A DNA stretch of 64,000 nt from the human T2T-CHM13v2.0 reference genome, Homo sapiens. Under the pieces are notes generated by a model, which did not search any database, had not been told where the DNA came from, and saw nothing but the letters and a program-made list of their open reading frames with translations. The position numbers and the translations under genes were made by a program. This document shows, piece after piece, positions 50,320-64,000 of the stretch; position 1 is the first letter of the stretch; each line of letters opens with the position of its first letter. The stretch lies in NCBI RefSeq assembly GCF_009914755.1, contig NC_060926.1, one strand, 5' to 3'.

Positions 50320-52225
50320 TTAAATGTTTATCTCTAAAGGTTAGGATTGACAAATGACTAAGTGACTTTTCAAAATAATTAGTAGATGAAGAAAGAAGTT
50401 ATAAGTAGTCAAGTAGTCAGATCAAGGCTTTAAGAACACTATCTCCTTAAGATTCTATTTTCAGTCTTTCAAGAAAAAAATTTAAGAAATTATTTTTACT
50501 CTTTCCCAAAGCTTCTATGAATACACTATCCTGAATGCTTTCATTCTTATCTTTTGTCACTGAAAAATATTTTTCATGTTTTATATATGTTTGGTTTTAA
50601 AGAGGCAATAATGTTCTTCACATTTCCCTTTAGCTCAGCTTGGGAGAAGAAAAAGGGAAAGGGGAGTAAGTAGAGGAGGGAAGGGATTCGAAATACTAGT
50701 CCAGGGCAGGTACTTTCCCCTAATTCCACTTTCTGGAGTGGACTTGACATGGATAAAGGTGATCTTGGTTCCAGAATATTTCTTGTACTGTGACATCTTC
50801 GCAGGCTGTGATTCTACTGTTGAAAGTAAGTGTTGTCCATACAATATGGTCCCCAGTGCAAATGTGCCAATTCTGAGCCTGCTTGACCTGAGGTCTGCGG
50901 CTCTGCTCTAAGTCAGGGGAGTCGACACCAGAGGGATACCACCAAGCTCCAAGCTCCTGTGCCAGCTGGCTTCCAGTCAGCTCCTGCCACCGGGAGTCAA
51001 TGGCAAAAAGCAAAGCAAAGCGAGAGTATTTCTTTCCCTCCTTCTTTGCCTCCAGCTGCAGCACCCTGAAGGCCCCTGTGCTCTGCTGCGGGGGTTGTGC
51101 TTCCTCTGGGTGACCCTGGCCTTGAGCTTTATGACGGCTTCCTCCCTCCACCCCACCATCCTAGGGATAGCATTGGCTTTCTGCTGTTGCTAATTTCTAT
51201 TCCAATTTTGGAGGAAAAGTTCAATGGAAGGGACTTATCATGAGACGGAATGTAGGTCTCTTATTCAGGACCCTCCCAAGGGCAATTTGATTATTCAAAA
51301 ATTTCACCTTTTGGCTTTAGACCTTAACATGCATAAGATGCAACTCAGTGTGTTTAATGTTTGGTCTCCAAAGCTGAGTGATGTGCTCCACAAGAAGACC
51401 TACTTTATCAAATACCCGAGACACATCTTAGAGACTAAGGTGTGAAAGAATGAATGAGTGAAAATGTTTTAATAAAAGGAAACTAGAAATCAAATATTTG
51501 TATAAGGACAGATTTGAGGTTTTTCTGTACTTTTAATGAGCTAGAAAATGCATACTATAAATAGAATATACAAATGATTTTACACAAATGAAGCATTAAA
51601 AATCACAAATCTTATATTTGGTTATCCACAGTCTATAAAATAATGTTCCCAAATTATATAGTTTAAAATACACAATGTTTCAAGTTGCAAGACAAAACCA
51701 GGGTAGTTTTGGCCCTAAATCATAGCTAACATAAGTAGGAATTATAATTAATTTTATAATTGTGTTTAAATTTTAAATACTCTAGAATCTGAAAATATTA
51801 AATATTAAATAGATGGAGGGATCAAATTATCAAGTTTTTTAACAAAATTGAGGTAAAAATCTGCATTAAATTACACCAAGAAAAACATTTCTAAAACATT
51901 GTTTCCATAACTCATTATAAATATTTCATCTTCCGAAAGTACTCTTTGATTACCTCTGGCCTTCTGGGTCTGGTAATTAAGTTGACTTAATATTTGCACA
52001 TAGCTACTGATTACTCAATACAGGCCTATCAGATAAAACTAAAATGCTGCAACTTAATCAGAATGATGCAATCTTGTCTTATATAAATATACAAATCACA
52101 GTATGCTGACACTAGATAACTTCAGCTTTATTTGCCAAAGGGGATTTAGAATATACTACAAAATTGTATATAAAATAACCCTTTACAAGGATTTACTAGG
52201 ATGACTGCAAAGAAAGGCAAATTAA

Positions 52226-52594
<369 letters not shown>

Positions 52595-53153
52595 TGAATA
52601 TAAAGACTCATTTTAAATTATACTAGTTGAACCTTTATACTACAATGTATCCTGGCACTTATTTTTTTTAAACCATTATCAGATATTTCATGTTCTACTA
52701 GTAAAGGGAATTCGCATTTTCAATGTCCTGTCTGCATTCCTCCTAGCCTCTCTCTGCTCAGGTTTTGGAAAATAGATCTTTCAAATGCAATTGCAGTATC
52801 CAAGGAAATTCCCACCCATGCCACCAGTGCTCATCCTGTGGGCACCCCACAGTCAGCAGTTTAAGACCATTCTGGATGAATGCAAATGCTTGATTCAATT
52901 TTCCCAAATCCCAATCAACTAGCTACAGTTTTTATTGTATGCAATCTTCCCAACATTGCAGTAAAGCAGTCTAGATGGCTGGGGAAAGGTAAAAGAACCC
53001 CGGTTGTGATTATTTTTTTCTAACAAAATGGAATTAAAAGATGAGAAAACCTCGTAGTATTTTAGTCTGGTACTTTTAGCATCCCCAACTTTTAAGATTA
53101 TAAATTCACAATAGTGAACACCCTAGTGACAACTTTTAAATAAAATACTGGAT

Positions 53154-53480
<327 letters not shown>

Positions 53481-53809
53481 CTATAGTAAATTAATCATAC
53501 ACTCAAAATTTTAGCTTGGATTTGTTTTGCAACTGATTTGATGCTGTCTGAAAATCAAGATCAAGCAGGTGATGAAAACTATACCTTTTGAACATGCATT
53601 AGGTAACCAGGGGGCAACAGAGTAGGGACTAATAAGGCCAGCAACTCAGGGAAATTAGCCTATTCATCTGATATATTTGGCCTCCATAAAACTGCCATGG
53701 ATTCCAACTGTACTCAAATATAATACAACTTCTTCAATGCTGCTTTATAAATCTGACTGAAAACCTTATTTAAGGAGTCAAGATGCTGAACACCCTAACA
53801 AAAGCAAAA

Positions 53810-54086
53810 ACAAAATTACGGCCTATGTGGTGTCACTGTTATTACCACTCTTTACAAAGCACTAAGTACACATAGGTGTTTGGCATTGTCTCTGGAACTA
53901 CAAAACTATGGCCTATGTGGTGTCACTGTTATTCACTCTTTACAAAGCACTAAGTACACACAGGTGTTTGGCATTGTCTCTGGAACTACAAAACTACGGC
54001 CTATGTGGTGTCACTGTTATTACCACTCTTTACAAAGCACTAAGCACACACAGGTGTTTGGCATTGTCTCTGGAACTACAAAATTA
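53810..54086. repeat. Tandem repeat, 3 x ~90 bp
   Basis: caaaa(t/c)ta(c/t)ggcctatgtggtgtcactgttatt...tggcattgtctctggaacta; units start at 53811, 53901 and 53989. Confidence 0.95.
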
Positions 54087-54394
54087 AACTTTTAGAATCA
54101 CAGCATTTTACACCTGAGAGGAATCTTAAAAGATACTGAATTTCGCTTCTCACTTTATAGCTGAGAAGAGTGAGGGAAGGACGGACCATGGGAGTCAGCA
54201 TTTTTCAAGCATCCAGGCACGCTGGGCCTGGTATTTCAATTAGAGTTTCTCATTCTCACAGTCTCAGGCAGGTTGCATTAACCTCCACTTCACAGCTAAG
54301 TAAATGCGGATCTACCAGATTGAATAATCTCCCCCAAATAAATTCACTAATGAGGAACAGAAGGAATCCAACGTCAGAGTTAGTGCTCTTCTCA

Positions 54395-54915
<521 letters not shown>

Positions 54916-55165
54916 CAGCATGTGGTCTCTGAAACTTTACTTAGGAGTATGCATATTAAAATATATATATAACTTAACACTATGCTACTACAAAGGGCAA
55001 AATAATTCACTTTATTGTACTTTATTTTAGAATAATTAAGACAAGGATAGGCTTCAATGAAATTTTGCTTTGATGTTACATGGTCTGACTGACACTGGAT
55101 TTCTTCATAAGAAAAATAAATGTGAAAGCTATTCCAAGTAAGCAAATGGTGGCAAAAACAATCTA

Positions 55166-55518
<353 letters not shown>

Positions 55519-56984
55519 TCATCTCATGTCAAAAATAAGACTCTTGGACAGAAATCTTCTGCCTGCCTTCCAAGGACCCACTGAAATTAATGGATACTCT
55601 CACATGACTGACTTTATTATTAAATACTTGCTGTAATCACAACTAGGCATAGGAAAATCAAGTAGAGAAATACTGAATGCCTAGCATACAACGATCTAAG
55701 TGAAAGTTAATAAAAGTAGCTCTTCAGAAAGACATCTCATGTAAAATTAAATTTAAAACTAAAAATTTCATGAAGTGACCTGTTAAGAGTTTCAATTTAG
55801 AAGCTTTACTTTTCTAATTTTAAAATATCATGAATGAAATGGTGTCTTCATCTAGGTGCTTCTCCATCAAAATCCCTAGCTCAAAAATAAAAATCATGTT
55901 TGTGTCACCCCAGATTCAAAATGCTGTTATTGGAAATGTTACCATTTCACATGAACATTCCAGTAAATATGCACATAGAGGGTACTCATTACTTTTGGTT
56001 GGTAATTTTTCCTTAAATATATTTCAATGATTTCATTGTTTGACATTTTCATAGTTAACGTATACTGAATACAGAAAATTTTGTAGGAAAACACTATTTT
56101 TTAAATGTAGTAACATTAAAATATTAAAATATCCCGTTTATTAAAGGCTCTTAAGATTTAAAGAAAAATTTCCTGTGCACATACAATGTACCTATGAAAT
56201 ACTGTATTATTAGTTATTGTACAGGCAAATGAGGCTGTTACTATAAAAAAAATGTGGTGTCTAAAAATTGCAAGTCTATGTGAAAAATCAACCTCAATTT
56301 ATCTAAATGGGATTTGGGGGACACGGCAGACTATTAAAATAGAACTCAAACTTCAAATTCTGTAAACTGAACATCTCATTAATGCCACTTCACCATTTAA
56401 AAAAGTCAGCACACAATGTTAGCTATGTAAGTTTATCTGCAGATGTTACAGGTAATTATTTCTGTTAACTCCTCCTAAAATATTATTTAGTAATAAAGAA
56501 TATTTCAAAAGGAGAGTAGGTAGAAACGAAGATCATAACTATACTTACTTAATATGAAAATGACATTTCATTTATTTGCTAATATGTGGAAAAAAATTTT
56601 CTAATTAATTCCTCCTTTATCCTTCTTTAAAAACATTTTATTTCTTCAACCAGCACACTGAGGATTAGTGCTATGGGTATTACCACAGTGCCCTGTGAAA
56701 AGACTTGGCTTCCAGAGAAGTCATACCTTGCATACCCTGGAGTCATACCTCAAATTGGCTCTGCATGATTGATTTTACAGCGGGCATTAAAATTCTTCTG
56801 AAACAAGGCTGTGTACCTTTGAGAACATTCACATTTAACCTTGTGAGCTCACTTCTACAAGAACAATGAACTTATTTGTCAGCTGCCAGGGGGAAAATCA
56901 GCTTAATGTAAAGAATTAATTAAATCAGGTTGACAGAAGCCAATATCTCAATGTTTTTAAATTAAAATTTATTTAAAGGAATAA

Positions 56985-57346
<362 letters not shown>

Positions 57347-57799
57347 AAAAGCATTTACTGTTAAGGCTGCCTCATTTTTCAGCTTTGTTGTAGTTGAGAT
57401 TCTGATGTTCACCTAACAAAGTCCCTGACAAAACAGACTTCCTTCAATCCAGGTCATAATTTGAAACGTTATACAATAATGAGATTTAAGTGATGAATGG
57501 AAAGAAAAGAAGGAGACTGAAAAGATATCAGAAATTTCTATTTGTTTTTAGATTCAGAAAAATATAATTACAGGCCAACATGGGTCTGACAGAGAGGAAG
57601 GACGTCAGCAGTTACTTGAATGTAACCCCTTCCCAGCATTTCCAAAGACCTGCAATGTGCTCATTGTGATCCAAGGGCCTTGTTACCTAGTTTCTAGGTG
57701 ATCTACAGAATTGAAACAACCCAGCACAACTTTATTTCTTGAGAAGATGAACCCTTAACTATGAAGGTGCAGAAAGGAAGTCTTCAACTGCTCACTCAC

Positions 57800-57845
57800 C
57801 ATGGCTACAGTATTCAAATGCAACAATCATTCAGATAAATAAAAC
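57800..57845 (-). other. Candidate 46-nt alternative exon of SLC35F5
   Basis: Acceptor cctgtttgctttttctcacag|G and donor ATG|gtgagtgag, both near-consensus. Confidence 0.45.
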
Positions 57846-59084
57846 CTGTGAGAAAAAGCAAACAGGTGGGCAAGCAAAGCGGCAGTGATTCATACTTTCA
57901 GTTAACCAATTGAACAGTGGTGCTTCCTTCTAAAGAAGTTGTTCATTGATTTTTGTTTTTTAAGAAACAGAAAAGCAGCAGTATAATGAAAGAAGATTGG
58001 CTGAAGATCTATCCAGCCTGTTAACTACGGCTTAGTACTTCCAGAATCCTGAGTAACAACACATGACCTGTGTGATGATAAGAGCACAGAACACATGAAC
58101 AACCAAAAGATTCTAAGCTCAGCCTCTTTCCCTATAGTATTTACAGAATAATTTTAAATTTCAGTTTCACCTCCACTACTTCAACGATTTTACCCTGTAA
58201 ATTGCTGAAGGTCTTTGTGAACTGTCGAACAGCAAAAACAAAAAGTAGAGGTATCTAGATTATAAACTTCAACCAAAAGTAGTCCTTGAGTAATTAAAAT
58301 GTTACTTCATTATGTTCTTTTTAAAAGAAAATTCCTCAGAAGTCCACATTCTTTACATGCCTTCACCCTGTTGAGCTAAACAGGTCAAAAGTATAATAAA
58401 CTCAACATTATTTTTAACTTGCGTTATTGGTGGTGCCAAATGAGAAAAGAGCTGTTTTTGCCACTTTGGGCTGGATGATTAAAAAAAAAAAAAAAAAAAA
58501 AGAGAGCTGTTTGTATTTTAAATTTAATATCATAAACAATTTTTAAAGGTAATATAATATAGAAGTTCTCAGAATGAAACAAAAGGAAGGCTAAACTTCA
58601 TTTTAGACTCATGGTAACACCAAAGCAATTTTAAGAATGTGAATAGGAAGCTAAACACTGCAAAGAGAATTCTTAAAAATCAGATTAGTTAAGAAATTTT
58701 GAAGAGAACTAAACTCTTCACAGCAAACTTGAAAAGAATATTGATTAATCAAAAGCCTGTGAATCCTGGGACATACGTTTACTGATATCTATGGTGAATA
58801 GAGTCCAGGAGCAGTTGCATAATAAGTACATGTAAGGCCTAAGTTTAAGAATTGCAATTAGGAGTATTTTACATTTAATTTATAATCTTAGTAGAGGAAA
58901 AGTTCTGATGTGATTTTAAAAACAGAATCCCTTCTCGCCTTACTTACTTGGTACTTTAACCATTACAAATTTATTCAGGAAAACTAAAATTATTTAAAGA
59001 AGAGACATCTAGTTCTAGAGTAATCTGGCACATTCATATGTGAAAAAAATTAGAAATCACTTGATACATCTACAGTACACAAAT

Positions 59085-59926
59085 AGACGTATAAACATTG
59101 TATTTTAATAATACTCTTTGTCACTTCAATTTAAATCATTCCATTATGAAAATTTCTTAATTGAAGGGAGACTATTTCTTCAAAACTCTAAATTAAACAG
59201 AGCTTTATCAATTAAGTTTACAGCAATATAGCCTTTAGAAATACATATTTCTTCATTTTATAATAATACTTCCCCTTTAAAAATTTGCCATGGTTTGTCA
59301 CAGATTTAAAATACAAGGCACCTAATGCTATAAAAGAATAATACAGTAAATGTAGTGTAAGTGAACCAGATATTTTCTCAAATACTTATTCTTTTTAAAG
59401 TCCCATGAAATTTGCACAAACATGCTTGTTGCATAAATTAAACATTTTTTGTGTGGTTAATTTGCAATATTCTACAAAACCCAAAAATATAATCCACACT
59501 TATTACAGGTAGCTTATTTTAGCATTTTACCTGTCAGAAATACTGGTCTATGAACACTTAAGTGATTTCTTGAAAACATTTTCATAATATATTCCAGCAT
59601 TTAACATGTGAAAATAAAGTCCCAGAACATTAGGATTTATTCCTTGATTAGTTCAAATGATTTCAACAGCTGAATTCCTTGAGATGTGTAAGGCAGGTTG
59701 GTCCTTTGGATGGACTGTAGACTGAAACTTCCTATAACTGTAGTGATATGTACACAGCTACATAGCAAAGTGCTTCATTATGAAAATGAAGAAAACAGGT
59801 ATGAGAAAAATATATTTTAGAGTTTCAAAGAACTCAAACTGTTATTTTTCAGACTAGGCACTGAAACATTTTTTCTACAAAAACTTGCCAGAGATTGTCT
59901 CTTCGCTGTATAGTTCCATTATCAAG
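59085..59926 (-). other. SLC35F5: SLC35F5 non-coding last exon (3'UTR); 3' end uncertain and may extend further left
   Basis: Acceptor gtggtttctgtttttag|CTTGATAATGG at 59926; AT-rich and free of recognisable repeats; candidate poly(A) signals AATAAA 59636-59641, ATTAAA 59104-59109, AATAAA 58970-58975. Confidence 0.65.
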
Positions 59927-60396
59927 CTAAAAACAGAAACCACAGAAATGTGATTAGATTATAATTTCACAGTTTTAGTTTTCTATAGTTTACATTTTAA
60001 AAAGCAAATTATCTTAAAATTGAAATACCTATTTTCACTGTATACATACTTAATAACTGGATACTCAAATTTGGAGTACTAAGAACTTATGAATGTGACT
60101 TCTATAGCAATGTCAAAAGCTGACATCAACACTAAAGACTGTGTATTAGCAGTTAGTTGTACTCCTGGTATATTCCACCATTACTCCTGCAAAGACAAAG
60201 TCACCTGCCCAGTCTATTCTACTCTATTGCAATCCATCCTCCCTAGTCTTCACTCTCTCCTTTACACAGCTCTCACTTCTAAAAATACTGAAACCTTGCT
60301 GGATATGGGTAGGTTTAAGTGTGAGTATGAGAACAATGCACAGCATACCCAAGAAAAATAATGCATAAATTACAGCATTAAAAAGCTTTCAAGAAT

Positions 60397-60578
60397 ACAA
60401 AGTCCTCACTTAATGTCATAGGTTCTAGGAAACTGACTTTAGGTCCCCGAATAACATTTTTTCGTTCAGTGTTGTTATGTTATAATGTTGATGCAAAAAA
60501 AAAAAGTTTTGCTGTAATTTTGCTTAAAGTCACAGTTTATAAGAACCTACTGATGATGTTAAGTGAGGACTTACTGTA
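60397..60578. mobile_element. MER6B-like Tigger MITE
   Basis: Inverted ends aagtcctcacttaa (60400-60413) and ttaagtgaggactt (60559-60572). Confidence 0.7.
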
Positions 60579-60684
60579 ATTGTGTTTACGTTTTTTTAAA
60601 TTTAAAGATGGCACATAAACATATATTTAGTTCCACTTGTTCTCCAAAACCTCACTAAAAAGGAAACAAAGGGTTAAAAAAATA

Positions 60685-60813
60685 TATTTTTTAACAGAAA
60701 TAAGGTCTCACTATGTTGCCCAGGCTAGTCTCAAACTCCTGAGCTCAAGTTATCCTCCCTCCTTGGCCTCCCAAAATGCTAGGATTACAGGCATGAGTCA
60801 CTATGCCCAGCCT
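60685..60813 (-). mobile_element. FLAM / Alu left monomer
   Basis: ggtctcactatgttgcccaggctagtctcaaactcctgagctcaag. Confidence 0.8.
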
Positions 60814-62505
60814 GGAATTTTTTTCTTAAAAGGAATAAACCACATGGACAAAAAGAAAAGTAGAGAGATGAGAAAATAACAGCCAACTCTTGGTTAGCAA
60901 TGGAAAAACAGGACCAGATATCTCTGTAAGGAGGGGTGAAGAAACAACTAAAAACATGAAGACTGGTATAATGTCTATAGAAAAAGCAGACAGACACTCA
61001 GATGCCCTCTCTTACTTTTCACAGTTGGCCAAGTGCCTTTTCTCTACCCCAGGAGAAGACTTTAAGGTTTACTCTCCAAAAAGGGTAGTAACAGAGAATC
61101 TCTGGATAAGGGAAATACCAGGACGAATCCTACATAGCTCAGTCATAAGTAACAATTTTTTAGTGACAACAATATAAACACTGACTACAGATCTATCCAA
61201 AGTTATGCAACAACTACACAGGGATGATGAGGAGGCAGAACTGATATGGAGACAGGAGGCCTATGAGGTGGGAGCAGAGGAGGAGTCAACTTGAAAATAA
61301 TCTGTCCTCGTTGATCTTAGTGGGAAAGTCAGCTGAAGATGCCTAAAACCGAGAACTCATGAAACACAAGTCATAAGCATGATACTTAGGGAGACAAGAA
61401 GGAAAATACCAAAAGAATCAGCTAAGAGTTTAATTTCCTCAGAGTGGGAAGAAAATGAAAGCAGGATGAGCAGGGCAGGGAAGGGCAGGGGTAACTGCCT
61501 TGTACAAAAAGTCTTGGAGAACTAGAGCTCAAACCATGTGCAGGTATAAACTAGATTTAAAAACAGCACACTAAAGAAAAACAGAAAACCAGGACCATTA
61601 GCTGTAGGTTAGAAGCAAGTTTACCAGGAGGATAATGAAACTTAACCTTCAAGCCTAATATAAGTGTTAACAACTGACAGGAGTTGTACAATGTTCTAGA
61701 TAGGGAGGGAAAACTCAGTAGCAATCAAGAAACACTTCAATATAAATTGCCTAAAGATGTCTTAGAAAAACTAGAAAAATTCTAGTAGTTTTTTGTGATC
61801 TTTCATTCTAAATAATCACTTTTGTACCTGCAAAATCTGTACGTTACATTTAATTCAAGCTTTCATTCAGCAAAATATTAAATGTCATGTACTCTATCAT
61901 CGAAGACATATAAAAGACACTATTTCTTAAAATGGAAAAAATGGAAAAAAATTCCAGAAGCATTGTTAAATGACAAAGCAATGTCAGAGAATGAGGATAA
62001 ACACTGTGCCAGTTATGTAAAACAGACACATAAAGACTAGTATTTTCCAACCAGTATATTGTACACCAGAATATTACATTTTTCTTTTATCATCAGAGAA
62101 AAAATATTTTTCTAAAGCATATTATTAAATAAAATGACCCTTAGCATGAATAAAAATGAGTTAAAACTTTCTGATCATTTGAGTCAGGCACTATTATACA
62201 TACTTTATATTTACCAAGTATTTACTATTTTAACACCCTCATAAGGGAGGTTCTACTGTAATCCCATTTCACAAATAAGAAAGCTGGAGCATCAAGAGAT
62301 TAAGAACCTTGCACAGGGCCACACAGCTAGTATGTGGAGAAGACGGAACTGGAGTCCAGGCTTTAGCCCCTTTAGCCTCTAAGGCTGTATTGCCTCTCAA
62401 ACAACTAATTATAGAAAATCAATCCTTTGAATATTACACAGATAAGAACCTTATTCAATACTAAACCCAGCTCACATACAAACCTGGGCTACAGACAACA
62501 GACAG

Positions 62506-62581
62506 CTAACTAGCTCCATCCTCCTGAGAAACACTGTGCATAGAAATGAGACTCTCACACTGTTCGCTGTCTTCTGGAACT
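62506..62581 (-). CDS. SLC35F5: SLC35F5 last coding exon (exon 62484-62581; solute carrier family 35 member F5 C-terminus)
   Basis: Acceptor gc(t)n-cttaag|A, donor CCCAG|gtttgt; encodes [24 protein letters not shown] (TAG at 62506-62508), recognised from memory as the SLC35F5 C-terminus; absent from the ORF track; the rest of the gene lies right of the window. Confidence 0.8.
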
Positions 62582-62748
62582 CTTAAGAAAAAAAAAAGCA
62601 GTAATTAAGGAAAGCTTTAGAGCTGAAAAGGAACCTCAAACCTTATTTATTCCATTGCCTGAAGCTATGTGGACAGGATGCAAGTCAGTGGCAGAACCAA
62701 CACTAGGATAAAATTTCCCAAGAACTTGTCCCAAGTTAGCGTTTTTTG

Positions 62749-62847
62749 TTTTTGTTTTTTAAATAAGAGATAGGGTCTCACTTTTTGTTTTTTAAATAAG
62801 AGATAGGGTCTCACTTTTTGTTTTTTAAATAAGAGACAGGGTATCAC
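62749..62847. repeat. 3 x 33-bp tandem repeat at the tail of an antisense AluJ (62741-63090)
   Basis: tttttgttttttaaataagagatagggtctcac at 62749, 62782 and 62815 (third copy has 2 differences). Confidence 0.9.
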
Positions 62848-63293
62848 TTTGTCACCCAGGCTAAAGTGTAGTGGTGCTATTATAGTTCACTGCAGCTTTG
62901 AATTCCTGGGCTCAAGTGATCCTCCTACCTCAGCCTCCCAAGTAGCTTGGGACTGCAGGTATATGCCATCATGTCTGGGTAATTTTTTTTTTAATTTTCT
63001 TAGAGACAGGGTCTTGATATGTTGCCCAGGCTGGTCTTGAGCTCCTAGCCTCAAGCAATTCTCCCACCTCAGCCTCCAGAGTCCCTGGAACCAAGTTCTT
63101 TTTATAGCAAAATGTAAAAAGCTTTCATTCTTAAAAAGAAAGAAATTGGAAAGAAAAACTGAGGCAATACTATTCTATCATGAATTATGTTCAAACCAAT
63201 AAAAGTTTTCTATATTTAAGTTTGTTATGGCAAAACAGTAAACCTTTTGGTATTACCTGTGAATCATATTTTTTTAAAAAAAATGTAGTTACT

Positions 63294-63697
<404 letters not shown>

Positions 63698-64000
63698 CTA
63701 AACCAATTATTTTATTTTCATCTGCCGTAACATATAAGTTATCATCTTTCAATAATTCCTCACAAAATCTCTAAAAGCTAGGCCAGCATGATGCAATTCT
63801 CAGTTATCTAGCAAACACTATTTTTAAAAATGTGTATTGGGACTAAACTTACCTCTGAATTCGATGTTTTCTGCATATAAAAGCAAATATTCTTCTGATT
63901 CCCACCATCACAGGATCCCAATTATTATAATGGCATAGGAGAGTTACAATAAAAAATGAAAAAAATACAGGGATAGCTCCTGCAAAAAATAACCAAGAAA

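Noticed and set aside
53810-54086. ~90-bp periodic repeat as a CRISPR array or structured RNA array
   Set aside because: The whole unit is repeated, so there are no variable spacers; simple tandem triplication

Overview
This is repeat-rich primate genomic DNA. From gene content recalled from memory, it is most likely human 2q14.1 between RABL2A and SLC35F5, next to the ancestral chromosome-2 fusion site and partly paralogous to 22q13.3; no search was run to confirm this. From left to right: (1) A full-length young L1PA (883-7939, 14-bp TSD) has intact YY1 site and ORF0 but dead ORF1/ORF2. Its ORF1 carries a same-strand processed SNRPA1 (U2A') retrocopy with an uninterrupted 255-codon ORF, in frame with the ORF1p RRM region. 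(2) A minus-strand partial duplicate of acrosin contains only the last two exons (ACRP1-like). (3) About 30 kb of nested transposons include an ancient L1M holding a U6 retrocopy, a 5'-truncated L1PA, Tigger3b, MaLR LTRs and Alus. (4) A CpG-rich LTR12C solo LTR points leftward. (5) The 3' end of SLC35F5 lies on the minus strand. There are no prokaryotic features or CRISPR arrays, and most short ORFs in the track are repeat-derived noise. The most interesting signals are the L1/SNRPA1 chimera, which may have a splice route to express intact U2A', and a cluster of locally templated insertions, an inversion and a palindrome at 38-42 kb. Nothing here can be shown from sequence alone to be a new biological system.
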